DNA of 64,000 nt from an uncultured Bacteriovoracaceae bacterium (GCA_964012805.1 CAXGUD010000015.1:1-64000); one strand, 5' to 3'. Positions 17,580-28,519 are shown, counted from the stretch's first letter. Program-made: numbers and translations. The notes: generated by a model from the letters alone, not told the origin.

Positions 17580-19865
17580 TTAGCTTGTAAATGGAAGCTC
17601 AGCTACAAATAACGTCCCTTCTCCAATATCAGACTCAACCCAAACTTTACCCTCTAAGTCTAGAGTTGCTTTTCTTACGGCATCCATTCCAATACCTCTA
17701 CCAGAAATTGTAGAGGCGGCTTCTTTTGTTGAAAAGCCTGGCTCAAAAACAAGTTGATTTAATTCAAAACCACTCATTTTATTAAGAGGTAAACTATTCA
17801 AATTCGCAATCTTTTTGGCCTTTTCTCTAACTTTAAGAGGATCAATCCCTCTTCCATCATCTCTTATACCTATTTGAAAGTGAAACCGCCCCTTTTTCTT
17901 GAAAAAGACCTTGATATTTCCTTCCTCTTTTTTATTTTGGTCAATTCTTTCAGACTTTTCCTCTATACCATGATCTACCATATTTCTAAATATGTGATGA
18001 AGAGATTCAAAAAAATCTTTATAAGGCTCGGGCTTTACTGTTATATCAGTCTCTTCAATTTCAAAATTAATTGCTTTTTCCTGCATAGAACCGACTTCTG
18101 TTATCGTTTTCTCATATTGGAAAAATATATCTCTTAAATTCTTATTAACAAAGTTTTTCATAATAACATTGTTAATCTTTAATAGTTCCTCTTTCGCCTT
18201 ATGAAGTTCTTCAAACTTCTCACCTGAATTAAGACAGCTTTGAGCAAGCTCAACAATATTTCTATTTGTCTTGAGGTAGTCATGTAAAAATGTATTAAGG
18301 TTGTGAATTTTAAATGAAATACTTTTATTGGTCTTTTCGTTTTCTTTGTCATTAGAACGTGTTTTAATGAGGTTTTCTGAAATATCTGAGTCAGAACCGG
18401 ATTCTGAAAACTTTCTTTTTTCCCTATCCATAACTTCAAAAAGATCTTCTTCAATAGAATGGATTCTTTTTACAATCTCTGAAATTTTAAAATTTGCAAC
18501 CCTCGCTTTAATTGTATGAAAAGATCTAAAAATAGTTTCATAACTTTGTCCTCTTGGATTTTTTTGGTAATCATCTATCATAAGCTGAAGTTCAGAAATA
18601 ACATCCAAAAATTCCAAAGGATAATCAACAAGTCTTAAAATCATGTCGCTTTTTTCTTTGGCAAATTCAACTTTTTTCGTGAAGTTAACTTCTTTTGTTA
18701 TGTCATTAATTATACAGATTACTTTTTCTATTTTTCCCCAACCCTTACCAGCAAAAATTGGTTTATATTCAAGTTCGAGAATTCTTCCATTAACATCATC
18801 AAGCCTTTTATGGGCCAACGGAATTAAATCTTTAAAAGACATCAAGCCCTTAAAAACGTGGTTTAACCATTTATGAAAGGCCATCTTCTCCGTCGGATTA
18901 AACTGAAAAACATCTGTAATGTTTTTACCTTTGGGGTTAGCATTAAAAATTTCTACCGTTTTATTTGTGGGATCATTTTCAACATAACCTTGATAATTTA
19001 TAATCAAAAAGCCTTGGTCTAAGTTAGAGAGCAAATTTAAAAAGCTTTGATTTTGAATTTGTATTTCTTTTGTCTGTGCATTGACTTCATTTTGAAGGCC
19101 TGTTGTCAGTTTTTGAATTTCATCTGCCATAGTATTTATTGAAGACGAAAGAGCTGAAACCTCATTATTTTCGCCTACTTCAAACTTTTTACCAACCCTC
19201 TTACTAAAATTTCCCATTTTTATAAGATTTGAAACCTCAATAATTTCCTTTAGAGGTCTCGTCACTAAAATATTTATAAGAAAAAAAATGATAAGAGTAA
19301 TGGAAAAAATTAAAACAATAAGAATAACCCCCATCCTCCTTTTTTCCTGTTCTAAGGCAACTTGAATTTTAGAATCATCAACGTAAATAGAGTACCAACC
19401 AACAAGCTCATTTTTTTTTCTACATCCAGCAGTATCAAGTCCTTCGCACTCATCACGAGAATAAAAAATAGGTCCATCAAGTTTTTTCAAATTATTTTTT
19501 AAAAGAGAGGAAATATCTTGTTTAAAATCTAATTCTACCTTTCCATTTTTGATTATTTTTTTAAAGCCAAGGACGACTTCCTTTTTATCCTCATCTAAAA
19601 CAACAATTGAATTAAAAATATCTTTTTTACCTTCAGATTCCAAAATGGTTTTAGCAACCTCTAAGTCTTCGTTCCAAAGAAGGTTTGCTAAATTTTTATT
19701 TAAACGGTTTTCCGTTGTTTTAGTTACTTTGTCCAGGTCTCCATAAGAAGCTCTTTTTTTCTCATTTAAAGTATAAAAAAAGTAAGTACCCAGAATAAGG
19801 GCAACGGCCATGGGGATAGGCAAGGCCAGTTTATATTGAAGTTTCATATCACGAATATCCGTCAT
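17580..19865 (-). CDS. Membrane-bound CheA-type histidine kinase lacking CheW (periplasmic sensor-HAMP-PAS-like-Hpt-HATPase)
   Basis: 2 TM segments, HAMP (TRPLKEI...NEVSALSSSINTM), Hpt FRSFHTIKA, HIFRNMVDHGIE, DDGRGID, FEPGFSTK and ISGRGIGMD; protein ends right after the ATPase domain. Confidence 0.88.
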   Translation of the reverse strand: MTDIRDMKLQYKLALPIPMAVALILGTYFFYTLNEKKRASYGDLDKVTKTTENRLNKNLANLLWNEDLEVAKTILESEGKKDIFNSIVVLDEDKKEVVLGFKKIIKNGKVELDFKQDISSLLKNNLKKLDGPIFYSRDECEGLDTAGCRKKNELVGWYSIYVDDSKIQVALEQEKRRMGVILIVLIFSITLIIFFLINILVTRPLKEIIEVSNLIKMGNFSKRVGKKFEVGENNEVSALSSSINTMADEIQKLTTGLQNEVNAQTKEIQIQNQSFLNLLSNLDQGFLIINYQGYVENDPTNKTVEIFNANPKGKNITDVFQFNPTEKMAFHKWLNHVFKGLMSFKDLIPLAHKRLDDVNGRILELEYKPIFAGKGWGKIEKVICIINDITKEVNFTKKVEFAKEKSDMILRLVDYPLEFLDVISELQLMIDDYQKNPRGQSYETIFRSFHTIKARVANFKISEIVKRIHSIEEDLFEVMDREKRKFSESGSDSDISENLIKTRSNDKENEKTNKSISFKIHNLNTFLHDYLKTNRNIVELAQSCLNSGEKFEELHKAKEELLKINNVIMKNFVNKNLRDIFFQYEKTITEVGSMQEKAINFEIEETDITVKPEPYKDFFESLHHIFRNMVDHGIEEKSERIDQNKKEEGNIKVFFKKKGRFHFQIGIRDDGRGIDPLKVREKAKKIANLNSLPLNKMSGFELNQLVFEPGFSTKEAASTISGRGIGMDAVRKATLDLEGKVWVESDIGEGTLFVAELPFTS

Positions 19866-19871
19866 GAAATC

Positions 19872-19898
19872 TTATCGGGTCAGAAGCTCAGAATTTTA
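19872..19898 (-). promoter_or_regulatory. Sigma28 (FliA)-like promoter
   Basis: TAAA-N15-CCCGATAA, one mismatch from TAAA-N15-GCCGATAA. Confidence 0.65.
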
Positions 19899-19919
19899 AA
19901 TTATTTAGCAAATAAAAGG

Positions 19920-21563
19920 CTAAGGCTTAGCTTTAAAATAGGAAACTTCCTCAGGTTCTAAAGGGGTTTTCTCAAGAATAAGATCAGCAGCTTTTTCAGC
20001 GAGCATCATGACAGGTGCATAAATGTTTCCATTGGTCACATAAGGCATAGAGGCGGCGTCAACAACTCTTAACCCTTCCATTCCATGAACCCTCATACTT
20101 TTTGGATCAAGGACTGACATGGGATCCACACCCATTTTACAAGTGCATGATGGGTGTAAAGCTGTTTCAGCATCTTTACGAACCCAGTCAAGTATTTCTT
20201 CGTCACTTGATACTTCTTTACCAGGTGAAATTTCCCCACCATTGAACTCTTCCATTGCAGGCTGATCGAGTAACTTTCTCGCTACTTGGATCGCCTCAAC
20301 CCATTCCCTTCTGTCTTGCTCTGTAGAAAGATAATTGAACAAAAGAGATGGGTATTCAAAAGGGTCCTTAGACTTTATTTTTACATGCCCTATCGCATCT
20401 GAGTACATTGGTCCGACATGAACTTGATAGCCATGGCCCCCAGCAGGACTTGATCCATCATACCTCACGGCAAGTGGTAAAAAGTGAAACATTAAATTTG
20501 GATAGAGAACATCATCATTACTTCTAACAAACCCCCCCGCCTCAAAATGATTTGTGGCGGCCGGTCCTTTTTGAAAAAGCCATTGAAGACCAATCCAGGG
20601 CTTTCGATACCACTTCATAGCAGGATTCATGGAGACAGGCTTTTTACAAGAGTACTGAACATAAACTTCTAAATGATCTTGAAGGTTCTCGCCAACGCCA
20701 GGTAGATCGTGAACAACAGGAATGTCCAAGGCCTCAAGTTCCTTAGCATTTCCAACGCCTGATAGTTGAAGAAGTTGAGGTGAGTTAATAGCGCCTGCTG
20801 CTAAAACAATTTCTTTTGCCATCACTTGATGAACTCTTTTACCTTTTTGGTATTCGACTCCAACGGCCTTTTTTCCCTCAAATAAAATTTTAGTAGTATG
20901 AACATGACAACGGAGCTCTAAATTTCTTCTTTTCTTAACTGGATGATAATAGGCCCTCGCAGCACTTAATCTTTTTCCCTTCCTTACATTTCTATCAAAA
21001 AGGGCGAAGCCCTCCTGCTTTTCCCCATTCACATCGCTGGTTAATTCGTATCCAGCGTCTTGCACGGACTTTAAAAATGCTCCAAAAAGGGGATTAACTC
21101 CAGGCCCACGCTCTAGCTCAAGAGGACCTTTGTCTCCTCGGTAAGCATCACCTCCGGCCAAACAGTTTTCCATTTTTTTAAAATAAGGAAGACAATGAAA
21201 GTAATTCCATGTTTCCATACCAGGGTCTTTGGCCCACCTTTCATAGTCTAAAGGATTTCCTCTTTGAAAAATCATCCCATTGATACTACTAGAGCCTCCT
21301 AAAACTTTACCTCGCGCATGAAATATTCTTCTTTGATTCATAAAAGGTTCTGGGTCAGACTCATAGCACCAATCATATCTTTTGCTTCCAATTGGAATTG
21401 TTAAAGCTGCCGGCATATGAATAAAAAGGTCCCAGATATAATCCATTCTACCAGCTTCCAGGACTAAAACTTCATTGGAGGGGTCCTCGCTTAGTCTGTT
21501 GGCAAGAACACATCCTGCTGAACCGCCACCTACAACAATGAAATCATAAACTTTTTTAGACAT
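19920..21563 (-). CDS. betA: Choline dehydrogenase (GMC oxidoreductase)
   Basis: [47 protein letters not shown] and [14 protein letters not shown]. Confidence 0.93.
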   Translation of the reverse strand: MSKKVYDFIVVGGGSAGCVLANRLSEDPSNEVLVLEAGRMDYIWDLFIHMPAALTIPIGSKRYDWCYESDPEPFMNQRRIFHARGKVLGGSSSINGMIFQRGNPLDYERWAKDPGMETWNYFHCLPYFKKMENCLAGGDAYRGDKGPLELERGPGVNPLFGAFLKSVQDAGYELTSDVNGEKQEGFALFDRNVRKGKRLSAARAYYHPVKKRRNLELRCHVHTTKILFEGKKAVGVEYQKGKRVHQVMAKEIVLAAGAINSPQLLQLSGVGNAKELEALDIPVVHDLPGVGENLQDHLEVYVQYSCKKPVSMNPAMKWYRKPWIGLQWLFQKGPAATNHFEAGGFVRSNDDVLYPNLMFHFLPLAVRYDGSSPAGGHGYQVHVGPMYSDAIGHVKIKSKDPFEYPSLLFNYLSTEQDRREWVEAIQVARKLLDQPAMEEFNGGEISPGKEVSSDEEILDWVRKDAETALHPSCTCKMGVDPMSVLDPKSMRVHGMEGLRVVDAASMPYVTNGNIYAPVMMLAEKAADLILEKTPLEPEEVSYFKAKP

Positions 21564-21780
21564 GCTTTTATCCTAATGTAAAAAGGGGTTGTGCCCATGA
21601 ACCACGCAAGAATTTATGGACCATCATGAAACCAAAACTTTTCTAATATTATAACAAAAAAAGGCAGCACTCATAAGATGATTCCTCTTAAAATTTTTAA
21701 AAAGTATTTTCTTTTCTTACATAAGGGGGTCATTTTTTATCAGTTTTTGTGTATAAAGAATCAAATCTTAAGGAGTTCAG

Positions 21781-22062
21781 ATTATTAAAGGTAAACATAC
21801 AACTTTAGATAAATCTCTCAGGCCAAGTGTTCATTGGGTTGAAAGGCTTCCTGGTGTGACAAAAGTAGTCCTTGGGTTTTCAAAAGCCTGCCGTCATAGA
21901 TACTCGCCTGGAATTATCCGATATAGGAGTGATGTTGATGGAGGTATTAAAGTGAATGGCTATTCAGGAAATGGAGTCATGGATATTTTTATAAGAATTT
22001 CACCAATTGAAGAAAGAGAAAATATAAAAAAGCAAATTGCTAAAAAATTCAACTTTAAATAA
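21781..22062 (+). CDS. Small DUF2103-like protein, probably initiated at ATT
   Basis: Frame is open from the TAA at 21769. AAGGAG (21770-21775) precedes ATT ATT, and the extension adds KGKHTTL..VHWVERLPG ahead of the track's GTG at 21856. Confidence 0.55.
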   Translation: MIKGKHTTLDKSLRPSVHWVERLPGVTKVVLGFSKACRHRYSPGIIRYRSDVDGGIKVNGYSGNGVMDIFIRISPIEERENIKKQIAKKFNFK

Positions 22063-24916
22063 TGATAGGCAATTCAAAAATCACGCTGGTTCCCTCTTCA
22101 ACCTTGGAGCTGACTTTTATTTCCCCTCCTAATTTCTCGACTTCTACCTTTACCGCATCCATCCCGATACCTCTTCCAGAAATTTGAGAGACCTCTTCTT
22201 TGGTTGAAAAATTTGGAAGAAAAATAAATTGGATAATATCCTCAGGTTTAATGTCACTAAAATCATCCTCTACTTTAAGCCCCTTTTTAATTAATTGTTT
22301 TTTTATTTGGTTATGGTCAATACCTCTTCCATCATCAAAAATTCTTAGCTCAAAATTTTCTCCATTAACTTTTGACTGGACAGTAATAATACCACTTTTT
22401 CCCTTGTGTTTCTCAATTCTTTCATCCTCACTTTCTATTCCATGATCAACCATATTCCTAAATACGTGCACAAGAGAATTGACAAATGAACCATACCTTT
22501 CGGTATCAACAATAATTTTTTCTCCTTCATTTTTCCAAATAACACTCTTCCCCTGACCAGAAGCTATTTCCTGAGTAAGCCCCTTGTAACGGTTTATTTT
22601 TAAAAGTAGATCTGACAAAAAGTAGTTTTTATAAATATGAAAATGAAAGTCTTCATAATTTGGAATTTCTTTTATAAGCTCCATTATCTTATTAACAGGA
22701 ATGGCCAGTCCGTCATCAACCATTGTCTTTTTAGCGGCTTGAACAATTGCCGAATGCCTCTTTAGGTGCTTAGACAATTCTCCCCGGAAATAATTTAAAG
22801 CATTTCTAACTTGCTCTGTCTTCTTTGAGCTAAGGAGTTCTTCAACCATATGTAAATAAGATGAAGCGAACTTCATTCCTAGAGTCGCAAATCGCGCCTT
22901 GAGCGTATGGACTTCCCTTTGAATATCAGAATGGTTAAAGTCATCTAAAGCAGGTATGTTTTTAAGAAGTTCGTTCGTATCTTCTAAAATATCCAAAAAC
23001 TCTACAGGGTTATTTAATGCGTTTTCAATAAATTCAGCGTCTTCATTTGACCTCTTAATCTTTAATTCCTGCCTCTTTTGATTTGTTTTATCTTTGAGGA
23101 TAACAATAATTCGATCCAACTCATTTTTTTTGGTCGCATCCTCTCCGCTTACATAAATAGGTTTATAATCTATTTCTATATAACTATCTTTTGACATTCT
23201 ATAAATTTTTGGTGCCAAAGGAAGTAAGTCTTTAAAAGAAAGCTTGCCTTCCCATGCCTTTTTTATCCACTTTTTAAAAAATGATTTGCTTTCTTCATCA
23301 AAAAATAAAGCATCCCAAATTTTATGACCTCTCGATTCGGATTCGTATAAACTTCTACCCAAAATATCTTCAGTCACTTTTGAGGCCCCATCGTGAATAG
23401 TGCCGTCTTCACGGAAAGTCATATAACCATTATCAAGGTTATTAATAAGTGTATCCTTTGATTTTTTTTGAAAATAGTAATGGCTCATAAGGTCTTCCAA
23501 GCTGATACGCTCAACTTCAAGCTTCTTATTTTGCTCATAAATAATACTGGTTTTTCTTTTTATTTCTTCTTCGAGCCTTATATGGTAAGTATCCCTCTCC
23601 TTAGCAAGTTGATCCTTTCCTTCCTTAGCAATATCTTTGAATTTGTAAGCCCTCTTCTTATATTTTTGATAATTCCTTACATTTTTTTCAGCTAAAAATA
23701 AGGCCATTAAAAAGACTGTTCCTAAAATGAAAAAATCTGCACGATGAGGAGGGTTTAAATAACCAATTTCGATGAGGGCATCATGAATAAAGCCTATAAT
23801 CCCTAAAAATAAAGCAAAAATGGATAAAAATGAGAATTTTAATTTATGCCTTGCAGCCTGGATCATATAATAAAAATACAGGACAAAAATTGATAAGAAG
23901 AAAGGGTGATAAAATTTTAAAATTGTCCCAGATAAAAACTCTATTGAAGGGGTCATCAAACAAGACAGACAAAAAGTTAGAGAAACAATATTTACAGTAT
24001 CCTTAAACTTTTTAGGCAAAAGATAGGGAAACATAACAAAAATAATCTTTCCATACAAGTAGGGAAAGACAAAAAAGGATAAGTACTCCATACGTAAAAG
24101 AACTTGATATAAAACAAGATCGGGGCTAAAAAGAAAAGGTATATACCTCTCTGTAAAGCCTAACCTATATGCTATGAGAAGAGAAAGAAGAGAGAAGAAA
24201 AAGACCTGTTTATCCTTAGTATTTCTTATATAAAGATAAAGAAAATAGAATCCAAATATAATAAGACCACCCATCACAAAGAAGTCTTTTCTGGCGCCTT
24301 TACTTCTTTCAGTTCTGATTATTCTTTCATCACCTAACTCCAGCTTTAAAAATCTTCCTTCTCTAAAATAATTATTAGACACATGAACTAAAATCTTAAA
24401 ATTTTTTTCTCCACCCAAATCAAAAAAAGAATATTGGTTTTCCCACCAAGGGATAATTCTATTTTCCTTTAAGGAGACATGGCCCTGACTTGAAACTTCA
24501 ATAGGCTTTCTTCCCTCAATGAGAATAAAAATTTTATGGGCCGACTTTATTGAAACTTTTAGTCCAACTCTTTTAAAAGGGCTATTTAATACATTTAAAA
24601 GATAAGTTCCTGACCCTATTTTTTTTGCATTTTTATCTTTTCCCCAAAAGTGAGGAATTGTTACTTCTCTAAAGCTATCAGGCTTTTGAAAAGAGACTAA
24701 ATCCTTAGGGTCTACAAATTCCCCCCAATTAAACAGCATTTCACCTTTAACAATATAGCTCTCATGAATAACTTTATTGGTTTTACGAGCATCAACCTTA
24801 CTACTAAAATCCACAACACCTTTGTTTGAAAAAATAAATGAAGATGACTCACTTCCCAAAACACTTAAGGAGTAAGTATTCATTATGAAAAGAAAAAAAG
24901 TATAGAAAAGTCTCAA
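22055..24916 (-). CDS. Membrane-bound CheA-type histidine kinase lacking CheW (7TM-DISM sensor-PAS-like-Hpt-HATPase)
   Basis: Extracellular GEMLFNW/TIPHFW/GSGTYLL/VSNNYFREG domain plus about 7 TM segments; Hpt REVHTLKA; HVFRNMVDHGIE, DDGRGID and ISGRGIGMD. Confidence 0.88.
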   Translation of the reverse strand: MRLFYTFFLFIMNTYSLSVLGSESSSFIFSNKGVVDFSSKVDARKTNKVIHESYIVKGEMLFNWGEFVDPKDLVSFQKPDSFREVTIPHFWGKDKNAKKIGSGTYLLNVLNSPFKRVGLKVSIKSAHKIFILIEGRKPIEVSSQGHVSLKENRIIPWWENQYSFFDLGGEKNFKILVHVSNNYFREGRFLKLELGDERIIRTERSKGARKDFFVMGGLIIFGFYFLYLYIRNTKDKQVFFFSLLSLLIAYRLGFTERYIPFLFSPDLVLYQVLLRMEYLSFFVFPYLYGKIIFVMFPYLLPKKFKDTVNIVSLTFCLSCLMTPSIEFLSGTILKFYHPFFLSIFVLYFYYMIQAARHKLKFSFLSIFALFLGIIGFIHDALIEIGYLNPPHRADFFILGTVFLMALFLAEKNVRNYQKYKKRAYKFKDIAKEGKDQLAKERDTYHIRLEEEIKRKTSIIYEQNKKLEVERISLEDLMSHYYFQKKSKDTLINNLDNGYMTFREDGTIHDGASKVTEDILGRSLYESESRGHKIWDALFFDEESKSFFKKWIKKAWEGKLSFKDLLPLAPKIYRMSKDSYIEIDYKPIYVSGEDATKKNELDRIIVILKDKTNQKRQELKIKRSNEDAEFIENALNNPVEFLDILEDTNELLKNIPALDDFNHSDIQREVHTLKARFATLGMKFASSYLHMVEELLSSKKTEQVRNALNYFRGELSKHLKRHSAIVQAAKKTMVDDGLAIPVNKIMELIKEIPNYEDFHFHIYKNYFLSDLLLKINRYKGLTQEIASGQGKSVIWKNEGEKIIVDTERYGSFVNSLVHVFRNMVDHGIESEDERIEKHKGKSGIITVQSKVNGENFELRIFDDGRGIDHNQIKKQLIKKGLKVEDDFSDIKPEDIIQFIFLPNFSTKEEVSQISGRGIGMDAVKVEVEKLGGEIKVSSKVEEGTSVIFELPIII

Positions 24917-24953
24917 TTTAAATCACTTTTTTTATAGATTACATTCGAACTAT

Positions 24954-24980
24954 TTTTCGGTTTTAGCAAATTTTTCCTTA
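24954..24980 (-). promoter_or_regulatory. Sigma28-like promoter
   Basis: TAAG-N15-ACCGAAAA. Confidence 0.5.
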
Positions 24981-25114
24981 ATTATACCCAAGGTGTAGTT
25001 TTTTAAATTTAAATAAATTTTATTACATTTTTTGAATTGAACTATTCTCGAAAAGACCTAATTTTTTCTAAGAACGATAAATGTACTTTTTTATTTAATA
25101 ATGGACAAATTAAA

Positions 25115-26047
25115 CTATTTAGAAATTTTATTATCTTTTAATATCTTATTTAATTTTCTCAGAACATTTTTCCAAGAGTATTTAAGATTTTTTTTAAGTT
25201 CCTCCTCTTTATTTTTTTTCTTTAAAGTTGAAGTTTTCATGGAAGGGCCAGAAAAAACTTTTTCAGTTTTTGGCCTTTGAACTTTAAAAGTCACCTTTTG
25301 CTCAATGTTATTTCCCTTAACATCATAGAATGGAAGAAAAGGAAGGACTTTTTTTTCTTCGTCATCAATACTTCTTAACTCCTCCGCAACATCTTTTTCC
25401 AAATCATCAACTTTATTTAAAGCTTCCTTAGAGTTTTTATCTTGTGCAAAAATTAAATGATCTCCCGGTTTTAAACTTTTTTCCTCTTTCGTTAAATTAT
25501 TTCTAACCATTACATCCCCCTCTAAAAGGGCCATCTGAACAACATTATTGCCTAATTCATCAGTCCGATTATTTACTAAAACCTTAGTTCCTCTAATTCC
25601 CATAGAAGCTGTTCCAGAAATAATTTTTAGAGAGTCCTTTTTGGATTTAACTGGAATAGAGGCCCTTAATTTTCCTTTTATTAAATTAAAGAGACCTGTT
25701 CGGTCTTTGGGAGTCTTGTAATTAAAATCTTTAAAGTGAACTCTTGAAAAGCTTGACATTGTAAAAATGGATTGATCAACGAGCTTAATTTTTACAAAAC
25801 TTCCCTTTCCAGTTGCTATCACCTGATTTTTTTTAATTTTTGATGTCTCTTTTAGGGCCACCATTTTTCCATTTTCCTCTACTCGACTGACCGTACCTTT
25901 TAGCATAATAATACGACCTAGAAATGTCGGTATGGCCTGTCCATTTTTATTTAGCTTGTAATCTGGTTCTTGCTGACTGAATACCATCCCCGATAAAACT
26001 ATATTAAGGAAAAGAAATTTGATCACTGGCCAAAATCTAAAAAGCAT
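25115..26047 (-). CDS. Secreted FecR-domain protein
   Basis: Signal peptide; IATGKGSFVKIKLVD, LIKGKLRA, ASMGIRGT and LLEGDVMV. Confidence 0.82.
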   Translation of the reverse strand: MLFRFWPVIKFLFLNIVLSGMVFSQQEPDYKLNKNGQAIPTFLGRIIMLKGTVSRVEENGKMVALKETSKIKKNQVIATGKGSFVKIKLVDQSIFTMSSFSRVHFKDFNYKTPKDRTGLFNLIKGKLRASIPVKSKKDSLKIISGTASMGIRGTKVLVNNRTDELGNNVVQMALLEGDVMVRNNLTKEEKSLKPGDHLIFAQDKNSKEALNKVDDLEKDVAEELRSIDDEEKKVLPFLPFYDVKGNNIEQKVTFKVQRPKTEKVFSGPSMKTSTLKKKNKEEELKKNLKYSWKNVLRKLNKILKDNKISK

Positions 26048-26169
26048 AAAATATGACTCTTTTATTTAATAATTAAAGTACCATCTCACTCATAAATCCC
26101 CATCGTTTATTATAACAAATTTCTAAAGCTTTCCCTCTACCTCCTTGCCCTCTTTTCTTATAGTTTCTG

Positions 26170-26198
26170 TTGAAAAACTCTCTTGGCCAACCTACAAT
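26170..26198 (+). promoter_or_regulatory. Sigma70-type promoter
   Basis: TTGAAA-N17-TACAAT upstream of an AAGGAGG RBS. Confidence 0.55.
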
Positions 26199-26250
26199 CC
26201 AATTATTTTTGTTTTCCCTAATAAAAAACAGATTCCTTTAAGGAGGTCCG

Positions 26251-26619
26251 GTGATGAAACAGCTTAATGTTTTGGGAACTGAGCTAAAGACTTGTTCCGC
26301 AAACCCTCTAACAGGTTATTTTAGAGACGGCTGCTGCAATACAAATCATGAAGACACAGGAATTCATTCTGTTTGTGCAATTATGACAAAAGAGTTTCTA
26401 GACTTTTCCCAAAATCGAGGGAATGACCTGAAAACGCCTGTTCCTGTTGCCCAGTTTCCAGGGCTTAAGCCAGGTGATCAATGGTGTCTTTGCGCAAGCC
26501 GTTGGATAGAGGCCTATAAAGCCGGACATGCTCCAAAAGTCGTCCTTGAGTCAACCAACGAAGAGACCCTTGTAATGGTTTCCCTAGACGTTTTACAGCA
26601 ATTTGACAGTAAAAATTAA
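26251..26619 (+). CDS. DUF2237 family protein
   Basis: NVLGTELKTCS.NPLTGYFRDGCC, GNDLKTP and GLKPGDQWCLCASRW. Confidence 0.9.
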   Translation: MMKQLNVLGTELKTCSANPLTGYFRDGCCNTNHEDTGIHSVCAIMTKEFLDFSQNRGNDLKTPVPVAQFPGLKPGDQWCLCASRWIEAYKAGHAPKVVLESTNEETLVMVSLDVLQQFDSKN

Positions 26620-26633
26620 TTTAAAGGACTCTC

Positions 26634-28445
26634 ATGAAAAATAAGAAAACCACTTCCAAAAGCTCAGGCCTAAGGCCATCAGGCTTATTCTTACTTGTCT
26701 TTTCTCTTCGTATGTTCTTTATCCATCAGGGATTTAGTGCCGAGACTCTTCCTGGCTGCTATCTTTATAAGACTCCAAAGGAGATGAGGTACTTCAAGGC
26801 CCAAAACAAAAAATCGTTTTTCATATGCCTTGGTTACCTGCATGGAAGTCAACACCCCTACAGTCTTGACCTAATGAGGAGGCAGGCCTATGGAAGACTG
26901 AGTGTTCTCAAAGGTCAAGCGACCTATGAATCTGATTTTTTGATGAGAATGTTAAACTTAGAAAAGCTATCAAAAAGACTTTGGGAGAACCTTTCACCTG
27001 ATATTCAAGATTATTTTGAATTTTACACACTTGGCATTAATACCGGACTTAAAGAAGCCATACAGAGAAGGTTGCCGGTTTATAAAACGGCCCCAGCACC
27101 AAAAAAGTGGCATCCTCGACACTCCTTGGCGCTCCTTCTTTTATACCACTTTGAAGTAACAAAAAAACAATTACCCTCTCTCCTCTCAAAAACCCCAGGG
27201 GGAACAAACAATTTAATCCGAAGCTTATTCCAAGCAGGGCCTTTTATAGAAAATCATTTTGCAGATCCCACCTTAATTGGATTTAAAGCTCCACTTTCTT
27301 TTCAATTCCCTCTTTTCAAAGATTTTTTTGGCGCACAATTCAAAGAATCACCTTTGATGGGTGCTTCTATTCCAGGAATTCCTCTTTTTTTTCAAGGGTT
27401 TAATCAATTTTTCAGCTGGTCTCTTTTACCAAAGTCCTCATTAGAATTACAATCTATAGATCTTGTCCCTGAGGATGAACTCACTATTCACCAAATTTAT
27501 CCCCTCATTAAAATAAAAAAAGGTCCTGTTCTTGTTGAATCCCAGAACAAAAGTTATCAAGTAACAAGAGAAGGTCACCCCATCCTTCCTCTTAAAAAGC
27601 CGAAAGGAGAAAAGGCCCTGCTAAAATGGAGGGGTTTAAAACTAAAAGCCCACCATATAGAAAAACTTTTTGAACTCCAATGGATTTTAGGTGGGGTTTC
27701 AACTAAAGGCACTGTTGACAGTAACGTTATCGAAGAAATTGGAGAAAAATCTATTCATACAAGTTTTGCCAATAATTTTTTTGATTTTATTATATCCAGC
27801 TCAGACTCCAACGATAAATCTCCGATAACAAGCTCAAACCACTTTAGAAAAAATCCTAAAAAAGACTTTATTATTTCTAACTCTCTTTATATTCAAAAAA
27901 CCTTGGCCTCCTTCAAAACCACTACCAGGAAGTGGAACTTCAAGCATTTAAGGGCCTTTCAATGCTCAGATTTTCCCTTTCCTTTTCAAAAAAATGAACT
28001 CGTAAAAAAGAAAGAGCTTTTTTTGAAAAAAGTAAAAGTGAGCCGCATTAGTTTTTCTCAAAAAAAAGCCTACAATCTGATAAAAAAATGGAGGGGAAAA
28101 TGGAGAGAAGACTGTAGACCCTGCACCTTCTTTTACGTCTGGTTTTTCAATACCAAAAATGGATCAGCGGGAACAATACAAAGAGGCTTTGAAGAGGCAG
28201 TTTCAACCTTTAGAGAAAAGCTAAAACTCAATGTACCAACATGGGACTCCTTTAAAAGATTAAACTCTTTCTTTCTCAAAAAAAGGTCTTTTCAAAGCTT
28301 ACTTATGGTTAGAGACCAAAATCAAAGCAAGGTTTTTCTTACCAGTAAAGGGCAACAAGAAAACTCTTGCTCCTTAAAAGAAGCTCCGCTTTTTATAAAC
28401 TGGGAAGAAGAAGACCTCAGGTACAGACGGTTTAAAAACCTTTAG
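26634..28445 (+). CDS. Divergent penicillin acylase / Ntn-hydrolase family protein
   Basis: Alpha-chain motif GYLHG..LDLMRRQAYGRLS..D; GASIPGIP..GFN..FSW. The canonical G-SNNW appears as GG-TNNL. Confidence 0.7.
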   Translation: MKNKKTTSKSSGLRPSGLFLLVFSLRMFFIHQGFSAETLPGCYLYKTPKEMRYFKAQNKKSFFICLGYLHGSQHPYSLDLMRRQAYGRLSVLKGQATYESDFLMRMLNLEKLSKRLWENLSPDIQDYFEFYTLGINTGLKEAIQRRLPVYKTAPAPKKWHPRHSLALLLLYHFEVTKKQLPSLLSKTPGGTNNLIRSLFQAGPFIENHFADPTLIGFKAPLSFQFPLFKDFFGAQFKESPLMGASIPGIPLFFQGFNQFFSWSLLPKSSLELQSIDLVPEDELTIHQIYPLIKIKKGPVLVESQNKSYQVTREGHPILPLKKPKGEKALLKWRGLKLKAHHIEKLFELQWILGGVSTKGTVDSNVIEEIGEKSIHTSFANNFFDFIISSSDSNDKSPITSSNHFRKNPKKDFIISNSLYIQKTLASFKTTTRKWNFKHLRAFQCSDFPFPFQKNELVKKKELFLKKVKVSRISFSQKKAYNLIKKWRGKWREDCRPCTFFYVWFFNTKNGSAGTIQRGFEEAVSTFREKLKLNVPTWDSFKRLNSFFLKKRSFQSLLMVRDQNQSKVFLTSKGQQENSCSLKEAPLFINWEEEDLRYRRFKNL

Positions 28446-28519
28446 ATCCATATGACATTTTTAATAAGAACCCGGTTCCCATTTATCTATGCAATAACTA
28501 AGACAAATATTTAAAAATA

